64,000 nt of DNA, from the NCBI GenBank assembly GCA_964489545.1, contig CAZAZE010000009.1, positions 3,035 to 67,034 on the forward strand. Direction: 5' to 3'. Origin of the DNA: an uncultured Bacteroidales bacterium. GTDB taxonomy: Bacteria > Bacteroidota > Bacteroidia > Bacteroidales > JAGOPY01. Shown here piece after piece: positions 8,288 through 16,823 of this stretch. Under the pieces are notes generated by a model. The model was not told the DNA's origin, did not search any database, and was given only the letters and a program-made list of their open reading frames with translations. The position numbers and the translations under genes are program-made. Numbering within the stretch: position 1 is the stretch's first letter; every line of letters begins with the position of its first letter.

Positions 8288-8463
8288 CTTACAGTCCTAC
8301 AGTCCTGCTGTCTTACAGTCTTACAGTCCTACAGTCTTACAGTCCTAAAGTCTTACAGTCTTACCGTCCTACAGTCTTACAGTCTTACCGTCTTACCGTC
8401 TTACTGTCTTACCGTCTTACCGTCCCCGCTCCCCCGCTTCCCCGCTCCCCCGCTTCCCCGCAT
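8288..8463. repeat. Octamer tandem array, about 22 units (CTTACAGT-type grading into CCCCGCTY-type)
   Basis: Read directly. The period of 8 nt is maintained over about 176 nt upstream of the NuoE-like gene. Confidence 0.85.
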
Positions 8464-8549
8464 CTTTAGACTCCCTCCAAATTAGCGCCGGGCCGCTGGG
8501 AAACGGGAAGAAATTTTATTTTTACCACGCCAAAAAACACGGCAATCCT

Positions 8550-9077
8550 ATGCGCATTGAACGATTCATCCCCGCGGTGGGAGCTGAGGCGCAGGAAGAA
8601 ATCGACCTTTCCCTTCTCGACCGCCTCATCGAAAAATACAAGCACAAAAAAGGCAACCTCATCCCGCTGCTGCAGGGCACGCAGAATATCTACGGATTCC
8701 TGCCGCGCGTGGCTTTTGAGAAGATCGCCGCCGAGACGGGCCTCAGCCTGTCGGACATGTATGGCGTGGCCACCTTCTACGCCCAGTTCCGCCTGAAACC
8801 GGTGGGCAAACACATCATCAAAGTATGCCACGGTACGGCCTGCCACGTGCAGAACGCCAACACCATCACCGACTCGCTCCAGGAGTCGCTGAAGATCAAG
8901 GACGGCGAAACGACCGAAGACAGCCTGTTCACGCTCGAGTCGGTGGCCTGCCTGGGCTGCTGCTCCCTGGCGCCGGTGATGATGATCGGCGAGCAGACCT
9001 ACGGCAAACTCACCGGCAGCGAAGCGGTCCGGATCGTGAAGAATATCCGGATGGAAGAAGTGAAACAGAATAACTAA
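8550..9077 (+). CDS. NuoE/HoxE/HydC-like thioredoxin-fold [2Fe-2S] subunit
   Basis: KVCHGTACHV...CLGCCSLAPVMMI cysteine pattern and overall NuoE-like sequence. Confidence 0.85.
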   Translation: MRIERFIPAVGAEAQEEIDLSLLDRLIEKYKHKKGNLIPLLQGTQNIYGFLPRVAFEKIAAETGLSLSDMYGVATFYAQFRLKPVGKHIIKVCHGTACHVQNANTITDSLQESLKIKDGETTEDSLFTLESVACLGCCSLAPVMMIGEQTYGKLTGSEAVRIVKNIRMEEVKQNN

Positions 9078-9119
9078 TGTTTACAACCTCTTCCATTGAA
9101 TGTGGAGATATGAAAAGTT

Positions 9120-9229
9120 TTAACCGCAAAGGCGCACAAAGGACAACACGAAGGCACACAAAGGTCGCCATCGCGCTTATCAACCCTTAGTGCGCCTTAG
9201 TGAAGTACTTCGTGCGCCTTAGTGGTTAA
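9120..9229. repeat. TTAACCGC...GTGGTTAA composite hairpin element between the NuoE-like and NuoF-like genes
   Basis: Left arm of CACAAAGG-type sub-repeats, right arm of CCTTAGTG-type sub-repeats. Confidence 0.7.
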
Positions 9230-9263
9230 ATAAAGATGATAAATATCTCCGGATTTTTGGAGG

Positions 9264-11060
9264 ATGGAAATAAAATATGCAATGCAAAAAACAAAAGTAA
9301 TCGTCGGGCTGGGCAGCTGCGGGGTCGCGGCGGGCGCCGGCAAGGTGTACGATAAAATCAGGGCCATCCGGGAGGTGGAGCACCTCGATTTCGAGCTGAA
9401 GAAGACCTCCTGCGTCGGCATGTGCTACCGCGAGCCGCTGGTGGAGATCATCGACGAAACCGGCTCCTACCTCTACGGCGAGATCACCGAAGACCGGGCG
9501 GTGGAGCTCATCGAGAAGCACGTCAATTTGCACGACCCGGTGCGCGACTACCTCATCCAGAGCGACCTGTTCGAGACGCCGGACCGCACCTTCCTCGAGG
9601 CGCAGGTGAAGATCGTGCTGCGCAACTGCGGCTACATCGACCCGGAGCACATCGAAGAGTACGAGGCGCGCAAAGGCTACGAAGCCATACGCAGGATCGC
9701 CTCGGAGCGGATCGCCCGCACTGAGGTCATCCAGACGGTACTGAATTCCGGCATCCGCGGACGCGGCGGCGGCGGCTTCCCCACCGGCCTGAAGTGGAAG
9801 TTCGCCAACGACAACAAGTCGGACGAAAAGTACATCATCTGCAACGCCGACGAAGGCGACCCGGGCGCGTTCATGGACCGCTCGGTGCTGGAAGGCGACC
9901 CGCACTCGGTCATCGAAGGGATGATCATCGCCGCCTACGCCATCGAGGCCACCGGCGGGGTGATCTACTGCCGCGCCGAGTACCCGCTGGCCATCAAGCG
10001 CCTCAACATCGCGCTCGACCAGGCCCGGGCCAAGGGATACCTGGGGCAAGCGATCCTCGGCATTCCGGACTTCAACTTCGACATCTACATCAAGGAAGGC
10101 GCCGGCGCTTTCGTCTGCGGCGAGGAAACGGCCCTCATCGCCTCGGTGGAAGGCGAGCGCGGCATGCCCCGCAAACGCCCGCCCTTCCCGGCCGCCAGCG
10201 GCCTGTGGCGCAAGCCCACCAACATCAACAACGTGGAAACCTTCGCCAACATCCCCTGGATCATCCTCAACGGCGCGGCCGAATACGCCAAATACGGCAC
10301 CGAGAAGAGCAAGGGCACCAAGGTGTTCGCCCTGGCCGGCAAGATCAAGCGCTCGGGCCTGGTGGAGGTGCCCATGGGCATCACCATCCGCGACATCATC
10401 TTCAAGCTCGGCGGCGGCATCCAGAAAGACCGCAAGTTCAAGGCCGTGCAGATGGGCGGCCCCTCGGGCGGCTGCATCCCGGAATACATGGCCGACACCA
10501 TCGTCGACTACGACAGCGTGAACGCCACCGGCGCCATCATGGGCTCCGGCGGGATGGTCGTCATGGACGAAGACACCTGCATGGTCGACGTGGCCAAGTT
10601 CTTCCTCGACTTCACCCAGAAGGAGAGCTGCGGCAAATGCACCTTCTGCCGCGTGGGCACCAAGCGCATGCTGGAGATCCTGCAGCGCATCACCGAAGGC
10701 AGGGGCGAGGACGGCGACATCGAGCGCCTCGAGGAGCTGGCCTACCAGATCAAGGACAACTCCCTGTGCGGACTGGGCCAGACGGCGCCCAACCCGGTGC
10801 TGACCACCATCCGCTACTTCCGCCACGAGTACGAGGCGCACATCCGCGACAAGAAATGCCCGGCCAAGGCATGCAAGCAACTGCTCACCTACGAGGTCAT
10901 CGCGGAAAACTGCACCGGCTGCACCGTCTGCGCCAAGAACTGCCCGGTCGACGCCATCACCGGCAACCGCAAGGAGGTGCATTTCATCCTGCAGGACGTC
11001 TGCATCAAGTGCGGCATGTGTTACACGAAATGTAAATTCGAAGCGATAAAACTATCATGA
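9264..11060 (+). CDS. NuoF/HydB-like NADH-binding FMN/[4Fe-4S] subunit with an N-terminal 2Fe-2S-like domain and a C-terminal 2x[4Fe-4S] ferredoxin domain
   Basis: GRGGGGFPTGLKWKF (FMN), ICNADEGDPGAFMDR (NADH), ESCGKCTFCRVG, and C-terminal CTGCTVCAKNCP / CIKCGMCYTKC. Confidence 0.9.
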   Translation: MEIKYAMQKTKVIVGLGSCGVAAGAGKVYDKIRAIREVEHLDFELKKTSCVGMCYREPLVEIIDETGSYLYGEITEDRAVELIEKHVNLHDPVRDYLIQSDLFETPDRTFLEAQVKIVLRNCGYIDPEHIEEYEARKGYEAIRRIASERIARTEVIQTVLNSGIRGRGGGGFPTGLKWKFANDNKSDEKYIICNADEGDPGAFMDRSVLEGDPHSVIEGMIIAAYAIEATGGVIYCRAEYPLAIKRLNIALDQARAKGYLGQAILGIPDFNFDIYIKEGAGAFVCGEETALIASVEGERGMPRKRPPFPAASGLWRKPTNINNVETFANIPWIILNGAAEYAKYGTEKSKGTKVFALAGKIKRSGLVEVPMGITIRDIIFKLGGGIQKDRKFKAVQMGGPSGGCIPEYMADTIVDYDSVNATGAIMGSGGMVVMDEDTCMVDVAKFFLDFTQKESCGKCTFCRVGTKRMLEILQRITEGRGEDGDIERLEELAYQIKDNSLCGLGQTAPNPVLTTIRYFRHEYEAHIRDKKCPAKACKQLLTYEVIAENCTGCTVCAKNCPVDAITGNRKEVHFILQDVCIKCGMCYTKCKFEAIKLS

Positions 11061-11078
11061 CCCTTTTCTTTATATTAT

Positions 11079-11173
11079 TTAACCACAAAGGCGCACAAAG
11101 GATTTCACAAAGGCGCACAAAGGAGGATCTTCGCAGTACCACCTTCGTGTTCCTTCGTGTTCTTTCGTGGTAA
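11079..11173. repeat. TTAACCAC...GTGGTAA composite hairpin element between the NuoF-like and fusion genes
   Basis: Four CACAAAGG units face three CCTTCGTG/CTTTCGTG units. Confidence 0.7.
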
Positions 11174-11208
11174 AAAAGAATTAAAGCAAAGCACCAAAAA
11201 GGATAAAT

Positions 11209-14200
11209 ATGAGCGAAAAAGTAAATATAATCTTAAACGGCAGCATCGTCGGCGGCATCAAAGGAGAAACCATCCTGGAACTGGCCAGGCGCCATGGGAT
11301 CGAGATCCCGACCCTGTGCAACGATCCGCGGCTGGAGCCCTATACCTCCTGCTACGTCTGCGTGGTCGAGGTCGAAGGCATGCGCGGGCTGCAGCCTTCC
11401 TGCTCCACGAAGATCTCCGAGGGGATGCGCATCGAGACCGACAACGGCAAGATCCGCCAGGCGCGCAAGACCGCGCTCGACCTGCTGGTGAGCAACCATT
11501 ACGCCGATTGTATCGGGCCCTGCAAGCAGACCTGCCCGGCAGGCGTGGATGTGCAGGGCTACATCAGCCTGATCGAGAAAGGGCAGTACCACGAGGCCGT
11601 CGGGCTCATCAAGGAGACCAACCCGCTGCCGGCCATCTGCGGCCGCGTGTGCGTGCGCCCCTGCGAGGTGGCCTGCCGCCGCAACCTGCTCGACGAAGGC
11701 GCCCCCGTGGGCATCGACTACCTGAAGCGCTTCGCTTCCGACATCGACCTCGAATCGCCCGGCAAATGGAAACCCGTCATCAAGCCTTCCACCGGCAAAA
11801 AGGTCGCCGTGATCGGCGCCGGGCCCGCCGGGCTGTCGTGCGGCTTCTTCCTCCAGAAGGAAGGACACCAGGTCGATATCTTCGAGGCCAGCCCGAAAGC
11901 GGGCGGATGGCTGCGCTATGGCATCCCCGAATACCGGCTTCCGAATGACTTACTTCAGAAAGAAGTTGATAATATAACCGAGATGGGTGTGCGGATTTTC
12001 TTCAATCAGAAGTTCGGGAAAGACATCAGTTATAAGGATATTCAACAGAATTACGACGCCATGATCCTGGGCATCGGGTCGCAGAAAGGCACCCTGATCG
12101 GTTGCGACGGAGAGGATGCGGAAGGCGTTTTTTCCGGAATTGATTTCCTTAAGAACATGGAAATCACCGGAGAACGTTTTGATTTCCGCGGAAAAAAGGT
12201 CGCCGTGATCGGCGGCGGGAACACCGCCATGGACTGCTGCAGGACTTCCATCCGCTGCGGCGCCGACAAAGTGTATGTCATTTACCGCCGTACCGAAAAA
12301 GAAATGCCGGCCAATCCGATCGAGATACATGAGTCGAAACTGGAAGGAGTAGATTACATGTTTCTGACCCTTCCGGTCAAGGTAGTGAAGAGTGAACGGG
12401 GAGCGGTGAAGAGTATTATTTGCCAGAAGATGGCTCTGGGCGAACCGGATGCATCCGGGCGGAGAAGGCCCGTTCCGGTGGAAGGATCGGAATTTGAGGT
12501 GGAAGTCGATTTCATCCTGGCCGCCATCGGGCAGAAGACCGTGCCGGATTTCCTGGAGGATATCAAAGCCAGTGCCGACAACGGGGAGGTGAAAGCCAAC
12601 CGCTGGGGCGACCTCGAAGCCGATCCGGATACGTTGCAGACCGGCATCCCGTCGGTGTTCGCCGCCGGCGACGGCGTGACCGGACCGGCCACGCTCATAC
12701 AGGCCATCGCCCAGGGAAGGAAAGCTGCTCATAGCTGCGACCTCTACCTGAAAGGATTGCCGGTGGTGCCGGAACAGGCCGAATTCTTCAGCAAAAAAGA
12801 CAATTTCAAACCCCAGGTCATGGCCGACTACAAAGGCTATTTCCCGGAGCAGAAGCGCGAGGAGATGCCGACCCTCGACCCGGAGAAGCGGATGAACTTC
12901 GACGAGGTGGAGCTGGGCTACGCCTCTGAGGCCGTGGCCTTCCACGAGACGCAGCGCTGCCTGGAATGCGGCTGCACGGCCCTGTTCACCTGCGACCTGA
13001 AGAAATACTGCACCGAATACGAAGCCGACCAGAAGAAGCTGGCCGGGGAATTTAAAGAGTACCACATCGATTTCCGCCATCCCTACATCGAGATCGACAA
13101 CAACAAATGCATCCTGTGCAGCCGTTGCGTCCGCATCTGCCGCGAGGTCGTGGGCGCCAACGCCCTGGGCCTGGTGAACCGAGGGTTCGAGACCTACGTC
13201 GCGCCCAGCATGGGCAACGCCCTGCAGGACACCTATTGCGAGTCGTGCGGGCTGTGCATCACCACCTGTCCTACGGGCGCCATCACCGAGAACGTGCCGT
13301 TCAAACCCGGCCCCGTCCGGCTGGAGCCGGCAGAGACCATCTGCAACTACTGCTCGGTGGGCTGCGCCATCTCCCTCAACCACAAAAACGGCTTCGTGAT
13401 GCAGGTCACCGGCGCAGAAGGCCATGTGAACCCCGACGGCAACCTTTGCCGCTATGCCAAGTTCGGATACCATTACCTGAACGACCGGCGGCGGATCACC
13501 GCGCCCATGATGAAGGTCAACGGGAAGTTCGAAACGGTTTCCTGGGAGAAGGCATATGATGTGATCGCGCAGAAAATATCGGCCGTAAGTCCCGATGAGA
13601 ACGCCTTCTTTGCCGGCGCACGGCTCACGAACGAGGAGCAGTACCTGGTGCAAAAGCTGGCCAGGGCCGGGGCGAAGACCAACAACGTGACCAGCTTCCA
13701 TTACATGGCCCGGGGCGCCGGATACCGCGGAGACGCGATTGCCGCCACGCCCTTCAGCCAGGTCAAAGACGCCGGGAAGATCTACCTGGTCGGGTCGGAG
13801 ATCAACAGCGACAATGCGGTTTTAGGATTTAGGATTTACAATGTACAATTTGCAAAGGGGATACCGGTTTCGCTGGTAACGGACAAAACGGACAGTTCCA
13901 TGGCGCACAAGGTCGATGAGTTGATGGTGATCAAATCGTACTACCATTTCATCAAGGCCGTGAACCACTACCTGGCCTCTGCCGGGCTGCACAACGGGCT
14001 GTTCATCAAGGACAATTGCACCGGGTATGAGGAATACAAGGCCGCGCTGCTGCAGGAAAGTTTCGCGGAGCTGGTCAAACTTGCCGGTGTTTCGGAGCTG
14101 GACGTGATCGATTTCGCGAAGCGCTACAACGAAGAGCAGAACGCCATCATCGTGTTTTCGGAGAAAGAGCTTTCGTCGAACGCCTGCACCGAGCTGTTCA

Positions 14201-14931
14201 ACCTGGCTTTGCTCACCGGCAAGCTGGGCAAGACCGCCAGCGGGCTGATCGCCCTGAAGGAGAAGAACAACAGCCAGGGGCTGCACGATATGGGCATCTG
14301 CCGGAATTATGGCCCCGGAGGGGTAGCGATTGAGCATGAAGATTTACGGTCGAAGATCTCAGATCTATGGAAGATGGATTCTTTCCCTGACATGGGCAGG
14401 CCGGCCATCATTGAAGGATTGGAAGCGGGATCGCTGAAAAACCTGTTCATCTTCGGCGAGGACCCGGCCGGATGCGCCGCCGACAAGGCCCGGGTTGAGC
14501 AATGGTTTGACAAAGCCGGGTTCATCGTGGTGCAGGATTATTTCATGACTGCCACCGCCGCCCTGGCCGACTTGATCCTGCCGGCCTCATTCCCGGTGGA
14601 AACCGGAGGCAGCTTCACCAATACCCAGAAAGTGATCCAGGAGTTCGGGGCGGTATTGAAGCCTAAGGTGGAAAGGGACAACCTGCGGCAACTCGCCGAT
14701 TTGCTTGGGGCGAAGGGCGTAGGGCAAAGTGGAGATCGCAGCGACGTGATGTCGGAGCTCATCACCCTGCTGCCGGAGGCAAAGGAAAGGACCTATTCGT
14801 TTGCCCCGACGGAAGGCGACAACCCGAACCGGATGTTCCGCCACGGCTGCGACGACATCGTCCGCCGTTTTGACGAAGAATTTGCACAGGCGTTTAACCA
14901 TGTAAAAGCAGGACATTATGAAAGAGTTTAA
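11209..14931 (+). CDS. Fusion oxidoreductase: 2Fe-2S ferredoxin + GltD-like NAD(P)H FAD oxidoreductase + NuoG/FdhA-like 4Fe-4S and molybdopterin-oxidoreductase-like domain
   Basis: N-terminus CNDPRLEPYTSCYVCVVEV. GltD signatures CPAGVDVQGYI, NPLPAICGRVCVRPCEVAC, KKVAVIGAGPAGLSCG and VAVIGGGNTAMDCCRT. Then CILCSRCVRIC, CESCGLCITTCP and ICNYCSVGCAISL (MopB Fe4S4). Confidence 0.85.
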   Translation: MSEKVNIILNGSIVGGIKGETILELARRHGIEIPTLCNDPRLEPYTSCYVCVVEVEGMRGLQPSCSTKISEGMRIETDNGKIRQARKTALDLLVSNHYADCIGPCKQTCPAGVDVQGYISLIEKGQYHEAVGLIKETNPLPAICGRVCVRPCEVACRRNLLDEGAPVGIDYLKRFASDIDLESPGKWKPVIKPSTGKKVAVIGAGPAGLSCGFFLQKEGHQVDIFEASPKAGGWLRYGIPEYRLPNDLLQKEVDNITEMGVRIFFNQKFGKDISYKDIQQNYDAMILGIGSQKGTLIGCDGEDAEGVFSGIDFLKNMEITGERFDFRGKKVAVIGGGNTAMDCCRTSIRCGADKVYVIYRRTEKEMPANPIEIHESKLEGVDYMFLTLPVKVVKSERGAVKSIICQKMALGEPDASGRRRPVPVEGSEFEVEVDFILAAIGQKTVPDFLEDIKASADNGEVKANRWGDLEADPDTLQTGIPSVFAAGDGVTGPATLIQAIAQGRKAAHSCDLYLKGLPVVPEQAEFFSKKDNFKPQVMADYKGYFPEQKREEMPTLDPEKRMNFDEVELGYASEAVAFHETQRCLECGCTALFTCDLKKYCTEYEADQKKLAGEFKEYHIDFRHPYIEIDNNKCILCSRCVRICREVVGANALGLVNRGFETYVAPSMGNALQDTYCESCGLCITTCPTGAITENVPFKPGPVRLEPAETICNYCSVGCAISLNHKNGFVMQVTGAEGHVNPDGNLCRYAKFGYHYLNDRRRITAPMMKVNGKFETVSWEKAYDVIAQKISAVSPDENAFFAGARLTNEEQYLVQKLARAGAKTNNVTSFHYMARGAGYRGDAIAATPFSQVKDAGKIYLVGSEINSDNAVLGFRIYNVQFAKGIPVSLVTDKTDSSMAHKVDELMVIKSYYHFIKAVNHYLASAGLHNGLFIKDNCTGYEEYKAALLQESFAELVKLAGVSELDVIDFAKRYNEEQNAIIVFSEKELSSNACTELFNLALLTGKLGKTASGLIALKEKNNSQGLHDMGICRNYGPGGVAIEHEDLRSKISDLWKMDSFPDMGRPAIIEGLEAGSLKNLFIFGEDPAGCAADKARVEQWFDKAGFIVVQDYFMTATAALADLILPASFPVETGGSFTNTQKVIQEFGAVLKPKVERDNLRQLADLLGAKGVGQSGDRSDVMSELITLLPEAKERTYSFAPTEGDNPNRMFRHGCDDIVRRFDEEFAQAFNHVKAGHYERV

Positions 14932-15373
14932 GGATACCGATTCCATTCTGCTGTTCGCGATCGAGCAGGAACAGAAAGCGGTCGATTTTTATACCGATCT
15001 GGCCCGTGAGGCCCATTCGGAGGAGATGAAGCGCGTCTTCATCGAGTTCGCCGGCGAGGAGATCAAACACAAGCAGCGGCTGACGAAGATCCGGGAAGAG
15101 GGCGTGTTCACCATGCCCATGGAGCGGGTCGCCGATCTGAAGATCAGCGATTACGTGGTCGAGGTGAAGGCCGGCGGCAAGCTCAGCTACGAAGAGGCGC
15201 TGGTGCTGGCCATGAAGCGGGAGAAGGCCGCTTTCCGGTTGTACAGCAGCCTGGCGGAACGCGCGCCGAGCCCGGAGGTGAGAGATATCTTCCTGGCCCT
15301 GGCCCTGGAAGAATCGCGGCATAAGCTGCGGTTCGAGGTGGAGTACGACGAGTACGTGCTGCGGGAGAACTGA
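14918..15373 (+). CDS. Rubrerythrin-like ferritin-fold diiron protein (no rubredoxin domain)
   Basis: LLFAIEQEQKAVDFY...FAGEEIKHKQ...LALALEESRHK E-x-x-H type motifs. The start overlaps the upstream stop by 14 nt. Confidence 0.7.
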   Translation: MKEFKDTDSILLFAIEQEQKAVDFYTDLAREAHSEEMKRVFIEFAGEEIKHKQRLTKIREEGVFTMPMERVADLKISDYVVEVKAGGKLSYEEALVLAMKREKAAFRLYSSLAERAPSPEVRDIFLALALEESRHKLRFEVEYDEYVLREN

Positions 15374-15375
15374 GG

Positions 15376-15457
15376 CATTTCGCATTGCGCAGTGTGGATT
15401 TCGCATTTCGCAGTATCATTGAGAAATGAGAAATTTGTATTGCGAAATGAGCAATAG
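15376..15457 (+). terminator. Imperfect hairpin of opposed heptamer units (ATTTCGC versus GAGAAAT/GCGAAAT) after the rubrerythrin-like gene; possible terminator
   Basis: catttcgcattgcgcagtgtggatttcgcatttcgcag ... gagaaatgagaaatttgtattgcgaaatgagcaat begins 3 nt after the stop codon. Confidence 0.4.
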
Positions 15458-15496
15458 TTCATTATCTTTGTATCGAACTATTGCTTATTTTATATT

Positions 15497-16000
15497 ATGT
15501 CTCCACGGTTAAAAACATTCAGAAAAGTTCTAAGTCCGCCGCCTGTTAAGGGTTTTAAGCCTTATGGCCATAATGGTGATGCCAGGAACACAGAGCCCGT
15601 AAACCTTTTATTTGAAGAATACGAAGCATTGCGGTTGTGCGATTATGACCGGTGCAACCATCAGCAGGCGTCGATGATCATGCGGGTTTCCCGGCCGACA
15701 TTTACCCGGATATATGCTTCGGCCTTGCAGAAGATCTCCGCGGCCTTTGTCGAGGGGAGGCAGATCAGCATTGAAGGAGGTAAGGTTTATTTTGACAGCG
15801 ATTGGTATCGGTGTTCCTCCTGCAGCTGTTATTTTAACCATCCGGATAAGACCATTGAAATGAAAAATTGCCCCCTTTGCGGCGACGGGAATGTCCTTCC
15901 CTTTGATCTGACTTCAGTCGATGAAATATCGGATGAGGGTCAATGTCAGGGACCTCAGCGCAGGCAGTACAGAGGAGGTAGGAGAATCAGGAAATCATGA
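15497..16000 (+). CDS. DUF134 (UPF0251) putative DNA-binding protein with a C-terminal CxxC...CxxC zinc ribbon
   Basis: FKPYG...LLFEEYEALRLCDYDRCNHQQASMIMRVSRPTFTRIYASALQKISAAFVEGRQISIEGG, then CSSCSC...CPLCG. Confidence 0.8.
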   Translation: MSPRLKTFRKVLSPPPVKGFKPYGHNGDARNTEPVNLLFEEYEALRLCDYDRCNHQQASMIMRVSRPTFTRIYASALQKISAAFVEGRQISIEGGKVYFDSDWYRCSSCSCYFNHPDKTIEMKNCPLCGDGNVLPFDLTSVDEISDEGQCQGPQRRQYRGGRRIRKS

Positions 16001-16338
16001 AAGTCGCCATCACTTCAACGGGAAACTCGCCCGAATCGTTCCTGGACCGGCGTTTTGGCCGATGCGCCTGGTTCATCATTTACGACCCGCAGGACGGCTC
16101 CATGGAAATCATCCCCAATCCCAACAGGGATGCGGAAGAACAGGCCGGGCCGGCATCGGTGCATCTGATCGCGGGGAGGAATGCCGGGCGCATCATCTCC
16201 GGTGAATTTGGACTCAGGATCAAAGATCTGCTGGACAGCATGAAAATACAACTGATCGTCATCAAAGACCGAAAGATCAGGATATCGGAGATCATAGAAA
16301 TGTTAAATCGCAAAAACAAGAAAGATGCCCGGACTTAA
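15997..16338 (+). CDS. NifB/NifX-family (dinitrogenase Fe-Mo cofactor biosynthesis-like, PF02579-type) protein
   Basis: MKVAITSTGNSPESFLDRRFGRCAWFIIYD... is a typical N-terminus. ATGA overlap with DUF134. Confidence 0.8.
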   Translation: MKVAITSTGNSPESFLDRRFGRCAWFIIYDPQDGSMEIIPNPNRDAEEQAGPASVHLIAGRNAGRIISGEFGLRIKDLLDSMKIQLIVIKDRKIRISEIIEMLNRKNKKDART

Positions 16339-16528
16339 CGGAACAGGCCCTGAGGGCAAAGGAAGCCGCTCGGGGCGCGGGCTGGGGCGTTGCAGCGACG
16401 CTTCGCCGGAAGAAAAGATTGAGCAGCTGGGTAAGGGAATGGGCCGCAAGCGCCATTCCGGTAAAGGTAAGGGAAAGGGCCGGCGGTTGAAGAGCGGCCT
16501 CAAAAATGATAAACAAGCAAAGGAGTGA
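16325..16528 (+). CDS. DUF5320-family small protein (copy 1)
   Basis: MPGLNGTGPEGKGSRSGRGLGRC resembles the DUF5320 N-terminus (MPrgDGTGPmG.GP.TGRg.G.C). Confidence 0.6.
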   Translation: MPGLNGTGPEGKGSRSGRGLGRCSDASPEEKIEQLGKGMGRKRHSGKGKGKGRRLKSGLKNDKQAKE

Positions 16529-16786
16529 ATGATGCCTGGATTAAACAGACGCGGACCTATGGGGCAAGGCCCCATGACCGGCAGGAAAATGGGGCGGTGC
16601 ACGAATTTCGGTGAAGGCCGGAAAAAAGATGCATTGCCTGAAAAAAACGAGAACGACACCGAACTTCCGGATGATTTTCCCGGCCGGGGCTATGGATTTG
16701 GCCGTGGATTCCGGTTTGGACGAAGATGGGGATTTGGATTAGGTCGTGGAGGCCGGGGGCGAGGAATGGGAAGGAACGATGAATAA
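16529..16786 (+). CDS. DUF5320-family small protein (copy 2) with a Gly/Arg-rich tail
   Basis: MMPGLNRRGPMGQGPMTGRKMGRC, then GRGYGFGRGFRFGRRWGFGLGRGGRGRGMGRN. Confidence 0.6.
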   Translation: MMPGLNRRGPMGQGPMTGRKMGRCTNFGEGRKKDALPEKNENDTELPDDFPGRGYGFGRGFRFGRRWGFGLGRGGRGRGMGRNDE

Positions 16787-16823
16787 GAACAGCCGCATAT
16801 TATGAGGCTTTAATCAATGCCAG

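Noticed and set aside
8288-8463. Possible CRISPR array (also considered for 59981-60092 and 31572-31633)
   Set aside because: The period is only 7-8 nt with no unique spacers, and no cas genes are present. These are simple tandem repeats.
8213-8485. 90-aa ORF (…LTVLQSYSLTVLKSYSLTVLQSYS…)
   Set aside because: It is simply the translation of the octamer tandem array and the preceding hairpin element.
9219-10982. 587-aa minus-strand ORF antisense to the NuoF-like gene. Similar long antisense ORFs occur at 6212..7327, 11950..13701, 23213..24325, 29113..30513, 61731..62861 and 62924..63811.
   Set aside because: All lie opposite clearly recognisable genes with strong GC3 bias, which suppresses stop codons in antisense frames. 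Their translations are low-complexity (Ala/Gly/Arg/Val/His/Asp-rich) and contain no motifs.
8550-14931. Respiratory complex I fragment (nuoEFG)
   Set aside because: No membrane or NuoBCDHI-type subunits are adjacent. NuoF carries extra ferredoxin domains, and the NuoG-like protein contains a GltD module. This fits a soluble oxidoreductase better.
13300-14931. Catalytically active formate dehydrogenase alpha subunit
   Set aside because: I could not find the Sec/Cys-His active-site motif or a C-terminal molybdopterin-dinucleotide-binding cap, and the domain looks short. This remains unverified without an alignment, so it is kept only as MopB-like.
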